Made by a program: the position numbers and the translations under genes | The notes under the pieces: generated by a model | The model's database searches: none | Told to the model about the DNA's origin: nothing | The model's input: only the letters and a program-made list of their open reading frames with translations | Shown here: one piece after another, positions 54,556 to 64,000 of the stretch | How positions within the stretch are numbered: position 1 is the stretch's first letter | Layout: the number at the start of each line of letters is the position of its first letter | NCBI GenBank assembly: GCA_951406725.2 | Contig: OX597817.1 | Span: forward strand, 22,196,001 to 22,260,000 | Origin: Octopus vulgaris | Lineage: Eukaryota | Direction of reading: 5' to 3' | Length of the DNA: 64,000 nucleotides

Positions 54556-55073
54556 ACAACAGGCTTCTTTCAATTTCCTTCTACCCAATCAACTTACAAG
54601 GCTTTGGTCGGCCCGAGGCTATAGTAGAAGACACTTGCACAAGGTGCCACGCAGTGGGACTGAACCCGGAACCATGTGGTTGGGAAGCAAGCTACTTACC
54701 ACACAGCCACTCCTTCGCCTTATGCTTATGCTTATATATCAAGATATCATCTATCAAAAATACATTGATTCTAGATTTGAATCAAACAAATTTTCTTCAT
54801 TCACTTCTGCTTCTTACATGGTTTATTTATTGTATGTTTTACTTATCAACATCATGGAAAAATAATGCTAATCTTACTTCTAATTTAGTTTTCTTAATTG
54901 ACTGCTGTTATTTTTTCATTGTACTGTTACATGAAATTTTGTTTCCTGCTATTTGTTCATGTTCTGTGGCTATTATATTAATTTTTTTTTATTCTTGATA
55001 ACTTTAATTTCAAAATAGCTATTTTATAATAATAATCTTGTAAGAGAAATCTCTCTACCCATTGTATTTATAT

Positions 55074-55457
55074 GACTGTGTGGTAAGAAGCTTGCTTCCC
55101 AACCACATGGTTCTGGGTTCAGTCCCACTGCATGATACATGAGGCAAGTGCTTTCTACTATAGCCTCGGGCCAACTAAAGCTTTGTGAGTGGATTTGGCA
55201 GATGGAAACTGAAAAAAAACTGTTGTATATATATATGTATATATGTGTGTGTGTGTGTGCGTGTGTATGTGTGAGTGTGTGTGTGTGTCTTTGTGCTTGT
55301 GTTTGTCCCTCCCGCTATCACTTGATAACTGATGTTGGTGTGTTTATGTCCTCAAAACTTAGCGGTTTTGCAAAAGAGATCGATATAATAAGTACTAGGC
55401 TTACTAAGAATAAGTCCTGGAGTTGATTTGTTCGACGTGTAAAAGAGTAAAAGAGTA
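55074..55457 (+). mobile_element. SINE family A
   Basis: Head, (GT)n interior and GTAAAAGA tail; deletion near the 3' end. Confidence 0.85.
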
Positions 55458-55913
55458 ACAGAATGTTTCCGAGTCAGTTGTGAGTAATGTCTTCTAAAAA
55501 TGATCCTTTGCTGCCCCCACTAATCTTTCAATTGCAAAAAAAGACTTCTGGTTATAACTGAATCCTCTAAAGAATTGATCTTTATTACATTATTTCGGGG
55601 AATTTAACTCAGTATGAGTATTACTCTTTATGTGCCTTTGGGGAAATATTCCCTGCAAAACTTTTGCTTTTGCTTGCATTTTGTGCTAATTTACTCATAG
55701 TTAATACTTCAATGCACCAGTCAAAAGCCAAAATTCCAATCAAAGGAATGGTCAAAAGCCTTTCTTGAGAATCAATCAAAACCATGGTCACACACTTCAT
55801 TTTCTTCCTTCAGCTTTCATTTTTAACTATGTTTATCATTAACCCATCTTAAGGTTAATATAAGCTTTTGTAGCACCTTTCCTATTGGTTTTTTGATGGT
55901 AACTGGATTTATA

Positions 55914-56340
55914 TACTCTTTTACTCTTTACTCTTTTACTTGCTTCAGTAATTTGACTGCAGCCATGCTGGAGCACCGCCCTTAGTCGAGCAAATCGACC
56001 CCGGGACTTATTCTTTGTAAGCCCAGTACTTATTCTATCGGTTTCTTTTGCCGAACCGCTGAGTGACGGGGACGTAAACACACCAGCATCGGTTGTCAAG
56101 CAATGCTAGGGGGACAAACACAGACACACAAACATATACACACACATACATATATATAAATATATATATATATATACGACAGGCTTCTTTCAGTTTCCGT
56201 CTACCAAATCCACTCACAAGGCATTGGTCAGCCCGGGGCTATAGCAGAAGATACTTGCCCAAGATGCCACGCAGTGGGACTGAACCCGGAACCATGTGGT
56301 TGGTTAGCAAGCTACTTACCACACAGCCACTCCTGCGCCT
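55914..56340 (-). mobile_element. SINE family A, young subfamily
   Basis: Full-length reverse-complement copy. Confidence 0.9.
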
Positions 56341-57678
56341 ATATATATATATATTTTTTTTTTTCATATGTTATTGTAATTGTAATCTGGCTGTTAAGCT
56401 GTTAAGACTTTGCTTATAATAAATGGACAGTTTATGTATCTTGTAATTATTTTCTTGTGGGAGTAAAGTTTGACTTTTCTTCAGTTTTAGAAATGGATTA
56501 AAATGATTTTGCTCCTTAGTAAACCATTCAACCATTCAATTATTATGCTGGTTCACACTTTTTCAGTAAATTATTAAATACTTTAGCAGGTACTTTGTAG
56601 ATATCCCCCAAATATTTTAGCCAGAAATTTAGTGCTTTCTCATTTCCAAGTGCTTTCATGTTTTTCATACACCATATTAACTTCGGTCTTTGTTTCCTAT
56701 TATTGCTAATTTCTCTCCTGTGGCAATCCATCTACTCTTCAAAGCCCTCTGGCCAAATCTCCTTCTCTTGGCATTAGTGCTACATTAGTTTTATTTTTAC
56801 CTCATTGCTTGTAAAATTGTTTTGGTTTGGAGATTACTGTTTGTTTTGCTCAAAGAAGCAGTATCAAATTTTCTTATTGATGTCTCATAAATTACAGAAT
56901 GAATCTTGTGGTAAAGTATTAACAAATGTCTTACAATTCAGTAAAGTCAATCTAGAGATGTTAGAAATATGAAGACAATGCACAGATACAATTTCCTGCT
57001 TAGCAGACAAGCAAGTGATAAAAACTTATACATAATAAGAAGAAATAGAGGCAAAACTGTCAGAAGTGTGTAAAATATATTGAATTAAATAAAAGTTGAA
57101 GCAGCATGTAATATGCCAATGACTAGGTGTGAACTGGTTAGAATTACATTAAAGAAAGTGATCAATAAAGAATACTGATATATTGAAAGAGATGTAGAAG
57201 ATATTATGCTAAGTATAGGAAATGGATAGAGATTTTTGCAAAAGAGAACCAGACTGATTGAGGAAAAGATGAATGGTGAAAGAAACGAAATCTGTTGGTC
57301 TCTGAAAATTAAACTGCAAAGATGCTCTGAAGAATGAAGTAAAGTATTTAACAGCCTGATAAAAATAAGCCATGTATAGCCAAACTGTAACAAAGACTAC
57401 AGGATGACTTGTTCCATGATTAATGTTCATGAATATAAGTTAGAAATTACAACATAATAGATTAAAAAGATGGAAATGATAACAGTGTCTCTTTTATTTT
57501 ATTTTTGATCTTTGAAACTGTGAAGTTGGCTTCCCCAACTCTGACCACTACTTTTTCTTGCTAAACTTATTAAAACTTCCTGATCGTCTTTTTGTGTTAA
57601 CAATGTCAAAAAGGCTTCAGTATGGCCTTGTCTTGTAAATACAGACCCTAGCAAAGATCCCTTTCTCGGCTATGAAAC

Positions 57679-57722
<44 letters not shown>

Positions 57723-57942
57723 CCATCCAACCCGTTCTAGCGCGGAAAACGGACGTTAAACGATGATGATGATGATGATGATGATATATATATATATATA
57801 TATATAAAATTAAATAAGGGTAGAAATTGATATTAATCAATTAAAACCAGTGATAACACATTCTTCGTGGAAAATGGCGATTTTGGCATCTATATCTAGC
57901 ATACAGGCTGTCCACTTTTTGTGGTCAATCCTCTAAATTTTG

Positions 57943-57984
<42 letters not shown>

Positions 57985-58385
57985 CACTTCTTAAGTTATA
58001 AAACCAGTAAATTTTGAAAAAAGCTAATTCAGTTTATAAAATGTGTTTAGTATCACAGACATGGAATTTTAGTTCTCATATTCTAAATGGCTAAATAGTT
58101 TCCATCAACAACAGATGCAGAACTATCAATCTAATAGACTAATCTTGCTGCTATTTTTGATAATGTTAATTTTGATATTTATTGGATATTCTTCAGGAAA
58201 AGTCCTAAATCAAGTCTGGATAACCATACCCAAGATTAAAGACATTCTGACATTCTAAACATGATTATCTTATCTCTATAGATTTAGAACTGCACTTTTC
58301 AAAGTCAGTATGATGAGATGTGATCGAAATTTAGCTGCTGTTTCTAGTAGATACAAGTGATAACACATCAAACACAAACTTGTTT

Positions 58386-58596
58386 ACTCTTTATTCTTTT
58401 ACTTGTTTCAGTCATTTGACTGCGGCCATGCTGGAGCACTTCCTTTAGTCGAGCAAATCGACACCGGGACTTATTCTTTTTGTAAGCCCAGTACTTATTC
58501 TATCAGTCTCTTTTGCCGAACTGCTAAGTGACGGGGACGTAAACACACCAGCATCGGTTGTCAAGCAATGCTAGGGGGACAAACACAGACACACAA

Positions 58597-58627
<31 letters not shown>

Positions 58628-58798
58628 CATATATACGACAGGCTTCTTTCAGTTTCCATCTACCAAATCCACTCACAAGGCTTTGGTCGGCCCGGGGCTA
58701 TAGCAGAAGACACTTGCCCAAGATGCCACGCATTGGGACTGAACCCGGAACCATGAGGTAGGTTAGCAAGCTACCTACCACACAGCCACTCCTGCGCC
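58386..58798 (-). mobile_element. SINE family A, young subfamily
   Basis: Full-length reverse-complement copy. Confidence 0.9.
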
Positions 58799-59441
58799 CT
58801 GTTTGATTAGATATTTTTTAGAATTTCTGTGGATTCAACTTTGAAACATTACCATTCTTCTCTAAATGTGAGATCACATCTAGTTACTAGTGATATGTTC
58901 CCAGATTCCTTCAGCATCGCAAGTGATGTGTCACAAAGTTCACTTTGGGTTGATGCAATTCATCATACATTATTGTTCAGCATATAATGTCTTTCAAAAG
59001 ATTGCCTCTCAGTCTGTAAATTATTGAAACAAACTCAGACAATTTTCTCTTCATTCATCCTCTTTAAAAACTGATATGTTATGTATGATGCATTTGAATA
59101 AAATGAAAAGAGGGATGGATTTTAAAGTGCTTAAACTCAATATATCAATAGCTGAAAATTATATTTTCTGATCGTTATTTACTCCAAGATGTGCAACTGT
59201 GCATGCATGCACGCATGCACATATACACACATGCACACATGTATTTTTTACAACTAGCTCCACAATATGAAAAAAAAATGTTTGCACACAAGTTTTTTCA
59301 AGATAAAATTATCAATACGACATCTGAAAGATGGATATTGGAACGGATATGCACATACTTTATAAAGAAAAAGGAAATTTTCGCACTAGCAAATTTCAGC
59401 ACACACCTACACCAAAAGATTAGCAAGACATTATTTTTGTT

Positions 59442-59472
<31 letters not shown>

Positions 59473-59860
59473 CCATCGTTTAACGTCTGCTTTCCATGCT
59501 AGCATGGGTTGGACGATTTGACTGAGGGCTGGCGAACCAGATGGCTGCACCAGGCTTCAGTCTTGATCTGGCAGAGTTTCTACAGCTGGACGCCATTCCT
59601 AATGCCATCCACTCCGAGAGTGTAGTGGATGCTTTTACATGCCACCAGCATAGGGGCCAGTCAGGCAGTACTGGCAATGACCTTGCTCAAATCTTTTTAC
59701 ACATGCCGCCAGCAGTAAGGCGATGCTGGTAACGATCATGCTTGAATGGTGCCTTTTGCGTGCCACTGTCATGGAGGCCAGTTAGCCGCTCTGGCAACGA
59801 TCATGCTCGGATGGTGCTCTTTAGCACCCCACTAGCATGGATGCCACTCATCGAATTTGA
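59442..59860 (-). mobile_element. Family C retroelement 3' end, longest copy, with (GAT)n tail
   Basis: Body GGAAGGGCATCCAGCTGTAGAAAC...CCAACCCATGCTAGCATGGAAAGCAGACGTTAAACGATGATG; three internal CTGGCAACGATCATGCT-like repeats. Confidence 0.8.
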
Positions 59861-59874
59861 CCTTTATGAAAATA

Positions 59875-60271
59875 CTAGCAGTATCGCCCGACGTTACTCG
59901 GGTTTGTAAGGGAAATAACTATATAAGCATTTTTAGAGAGTTTTAGCAAAAAAATAGCAAACAAATGCATTAAAAATGGAAAAAAAATTATGGTAAATTT
60001 TTTTTTAAATCGTTGACTCATCGTAGACATTTTTAGAGAGTTACTTCCCTTATATAATAGCGAAAAAATGCATTAAAGTGGAAAAAATGATGGTAATTTT
60101 TTATTAAAATCGTAGACTCATCGTAGACACGTGCTAATACCTAGAAGGGCTCGATATGAATCACAACTATAAGATACCCGGTTTTGGTTAAACTGCACCG
60201 CAAAATGTGGGAGTAGTTAGGAATCTAAATCGTAGGAGACAGACACACAACTTGACTTTTATATATAAAGA
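59875..60271 (-). mobile_element. Non-autonomous Helitron with internal ~100-bp tandem duplication
   Basis: Minus strand A|TCTTTATATATAAAAG...CCCGAGTAACGTCGGG-CGATACTGCTAG|T; 3' end shared with 17886-18275. Confidence 0.8.
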
Positions 60272-60832
60272 TATGGTCTAGTGGTCAGGGTGTTGCTTTC
60301 ACAAAAATTGTGGTTTCAGTTTTTGGACTGGGTGATGGATTGTGTTCTTATCTGATATTGCTCTGTGATGTATTGTATTCTTCCTCTCATGTTGCTCTTC
60401 AATTACTTTGACACCTAATGTGAAGTATGCTGTGAACTTGTTAAGGCAATGTTGATTTGATAGAGAAATTGAGCTGATGTATAGCACAAGCATTTGATCA
60501 CCATAAGCAAATCATTTGTGCAGGTTTGTTCAGCAAGAAATTGCAAAAGCATCTTCATTGGACTACAAAATACCCATTAGACCCATTAATAAAAAACATA
60601 TTTTGTCCATTATATAGGCAGAATATAGTAATATCCTGTTACATATCCTACTAAACTGAAATTCAGAGAAGTAATTCAATGTTTCCTTTTTAGAATAATG
60701 CCCCAATTAGTGAACCTATTAAGAAATGTATAAATGATAGAAAATTTAAGTAATAATAATAATAATAATAATAATTATAATAATAATAATATTAATAAAA
60801 ATAATAAAAATATTAATAATAATATTAAAATT

Positions 60833-61243
60833 AGGTGCAGCAGTGGCTGTGTGGTAAGTAGCTTGCCAACCAACAACATGGTTCCGGGTTCAGTCCCACT
60901 GCGTGGAATCTTGGGCAAGTGTCTTCTGCTATAGCCCCAGGCCGACCAATGCCTTGTCAGTGGATTTGGTAGACGGAAACTGAAAGAAGCCTGTCGTATA
61001 TATGTATATATATTTATATGTGTGTGTGTTTGTGTGTCTGTGTTTGTCCCCCTAGCATTGCTTGACAACCGATGCTGGTGTGTTTACGTCCCCGTCACTT
61101 AGCGGTTTGGCAAAAGAGACCAATAGAATAAGTACTGGGCTTACAAAGAATAAGTCCCTGGGTCGATTTGCTCGACTAAAGGCGGTGCTCCAGCATGGCT
61201 GCAGTCAAATGACTGAAACAAGTAAAAGAGTAAAAGAGTAAAA
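60833..61243 (+). mobile_element. SINE family A, young subfamily
   Basis: Full-length copy with (GTAAAAGA)n tail. Confidence 0.9.
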
Positions 61244-61733
61244 GTGAGGTCATTTAGGTTGTGCAAGAGGTCATAAATCTATGCCTGGTGGTGCATTTGA
61301 ACATAGATTTAAAACATCATAAGCCAAATATGTTAAACTCTTAACCACATTACGGCAATATTTAGTTATTGCTTTACTGGCTTATTTAGTTATTTTTCTA
61401 ACTTTTATATAGGTATTGCTGCTTCCTCAATAATAAAATATATCTATTTGTTACAAACTATATTCTGCACAAATTAAAAGAAGAAAAAAAAAATAGAATA
61501 GAGAATTACAATATGCATATAAAAATAAAAAATAAACATAGATTATGTAACAGGAATCCCACCAACTTAAAAAAAAAAAAAGAAAAAATCTCGTTTTTTT
61601 TATTCCCCTCTTTTCATTACATTACTATAAATATTGTTTGCAAACACATGGCATGGTATTCTTGTTATTTAAAAATATATTCTTTCAGATTTCAATACAA
61701 AACATTTCACACTGGCAGAGCTTTGTGTGTGTG

Positions 61734-61766
<33 letters not shown>

Positions 61767-61857
61767 ATGTGTGTGTATGCATATATACATATGTGTGTTT
61801 GTGTATATATATAAATGCATGTATGTATATATATATGCATATATACATATATATACA

Positions 61858-62001
<144 letters not shown>

Positions 62002-62467
62002 AATAGATATATATATATAAGCATATATATATACATATATACACACATGTACATACAGGCATGCATACATATACGGACGTACATACTTTGTCATGCAGCT
62101 AAACAAGAAAAAAGTTTACTTAGTCTGCTGAATATTTGGAAATATTTGGAAATAGAAGGTAGCCAGAAGTTTGGATATATTCTATTCTAGATTGCATTAT
62201 AGCCTCATAGTTTACTCTTGAATATTTGTCCAAACAAAAGCAACCACACATATGTAACATTATTTGTAAATGTAACTTTGATCAGGTGATCGTATAGTTG
62301 TATATATGTATGTGTGCATGAGAGAGAAAGGAAGTCTATTCATAAATACATTTTTTGTTTAAGCATAATCTTAGAATGTACACAATTGTGAAACTGAGAG
62401 AGAGACATATTGAAAAGATGAGGTATTATGTAACATTGAATAAAATAGTAAATATATACATGTATGA

Positions 62468-62500
<33 letters not shown>

Positions 62501-62866
62501 TGTATGTATGTATGTATGTATGTATGTATGTATGTATGTGTGTATGCAATATATTTACTAGTTTATTCAAAGTTAGATTCATTCTGTCACTCAGAAGTTT
62601 CATGGAAATGATTTGATGACATTCGATATGCTTTCACATATCAAACTGATGTAAGAACTTTTATATATATATGGTCAATCGACTTGTTAGACATAGCAGT
62701 CAAATTTCACTCTAATAATATTTCATCTGTTTATAAAGTATGGATGAATTGGACAAGACAGTTCTAAATATTCAGGGACAGGATGTTCAAAGCTGGAATT
62801 CCTCTATCAAGAGCTGCCTCAAACTAGGTAGACTTAAGGGTTAAACAATCAGTAAGTGTGTGTGTG

Positions 62867-62901
<35 letters not shown>

Positions 62902-63115
62902 ATGTGTTATCTTTGCTTTTATGTTTAGCTGCAGTAAAAAGATTTTTACATTAATCTGATGGGTTACCCTATACTTTTGTAGTGCAAATATTTTTTATTC
63001 TTATACAAAAATATTATATATATATATAACAAAGTGACTTCAAAGGTTGGCTTAACTAGATGAATCATCAAAACAGTTAAGCCAACATTAGACAGCAATA
63101 CATTGAAGTTAATCT

Positions 63116-63349
63116 TATTTCTTTAATGCCCAGGAGGGGCTACACACAGGGAGGACAAACAAGGACAGACAAACAGATTAAGTCGATTATATCGACCCCA
63201 GTGCATAACTGGTACTTATTTAATCGACCCCCGAAAGGATGAAAGGCAAAGTCGACTTCAGCGGAATTTGAACTCAGAACATAAAGACAGACGAAATATT
63301 GCTAAGCATTTCGCCCGGCTTGCTAACGTTTCTGCCAACTCGCTGCCTT
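63116..63349 (-). mobile_element. SINE family B monomer
   Basis: 15-bp TSD CATTGAAGTTAATCT (63101-63115, 63350-63364). Confidence 0.9.
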
Positions 63350-63873
63350 CATTGAAGTTAATCTTGGCTTTATATAGTCTTTGTTCATTGGGTATGCAGG
63401 CTTGAGTGGAGTGATAATTAGCATTTTAGGGTTTTAGGTTGGGTTGTTATGGAAAGGTGTTTTGGAGAAATTTTTTTTTATTAAAACTTGGATTATGTTA
63501 TTGCTTAGAATTTATTCATGTATATTGAAATTTAGGTATGTTCCTTTTAGGAGGGAGATATAGGATGTGCCAATAGTTTTAGATATTTGTGGTTTCACTG
63601 GATTTAGTTCTTTGCTTTGAAAATGTAAAGGCCAAGGGTTCAAAGTTTAATTTAATATCTAAATACTTAATATTTGGGTGCGTGAATATTTTTGTAATGG
63701 AATTTTTTAAGGGTTAGCAAAAGAATGTACGTAGATGGTATGTTTCAGCTGGTCAGTTTTTTAGTTATTGTTGTTGTTGTTATTTAGGATATTTTTCTGT
63801 TTCTATTTGGAAGTTAGTGGTTATTAGTCAGGCCTCTCATACTGTTGTTTATCTTATACTTAGGGAATGTGGG

Positions 63874-64000
63874 TACTCTTTTACTCTTTTACTTATTTCA
63901 GTCATTTGACTACGGCCATGCTGGAGCACCGCTTTTAGTCGAGCAAATCTACCCCAGGACTTACTCTTTGTAAGCCTAGTACTTATTCTATCGGTCTCTT
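63874..64000 (-). mobile_element. SINE family A 3' part (runs off the window)
   Basis: TACTCTTTTACTCTTTTACTT...GGCCATGCTGGAGCACCGC. Confidence 0.85.

Larger units (their letters stand above)
53668..54720 (-). mobile_element. SINE family A split by the Penelope-like insert
   Basis: Tail half 53668-53900, head half 54555-54720. Confidence 0.85.

Noticed and set aside
63420-63870. GT-skewed block that might be a decayed retroelement ORF on the minus strand
   Set aside because: No motif could be read with confidence

Overview
AT-rich, repeat-saturated eukaryotic DNA, most likely an octopus (coleoid cephalopod) genome. That assignment rests on my recollection of octopus tRNA-derived SINE families plus the extreme (TA)n/(CA)n/(GAT)n microsatellite load; it was not checked against a database. 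The window reads as intronic sequence of one large + strand gene. Only one well-supported coding exon is present: 37650-37937 (288 nt, phase 1-1), encoding a complete Ig I-set domain that resembles Ig3 of lachesin/DIP/amalgam (IgLON-like) adhesion proteins. Almost all other ORFs in the track are microsatellite or SINE artefacts. The rest comprises several SINE families (many with target-site duplications or nesting), RTE and CR1/L2 LINE fragments, TTAA-type piggyBac-like MITEs, two non-autonomous Helitrons, and (TA)n-embedded Penelope-like fragments. The most notable signals are: (1) several hammerhead-ribozyme motifs, one present twice in a ~170-bp inverted repeat and carrying a branched stem II; (2) a 140-bp inverted repeat whose spacer copies DNA lying 1 kb upstream; (3) an RTE C-terminus with three tandem C2H2 zinc fingers; (4) a possible decayed or alternative duplicate of the Ig exon start at 20368; (5) a recurrent dimeric SINE.
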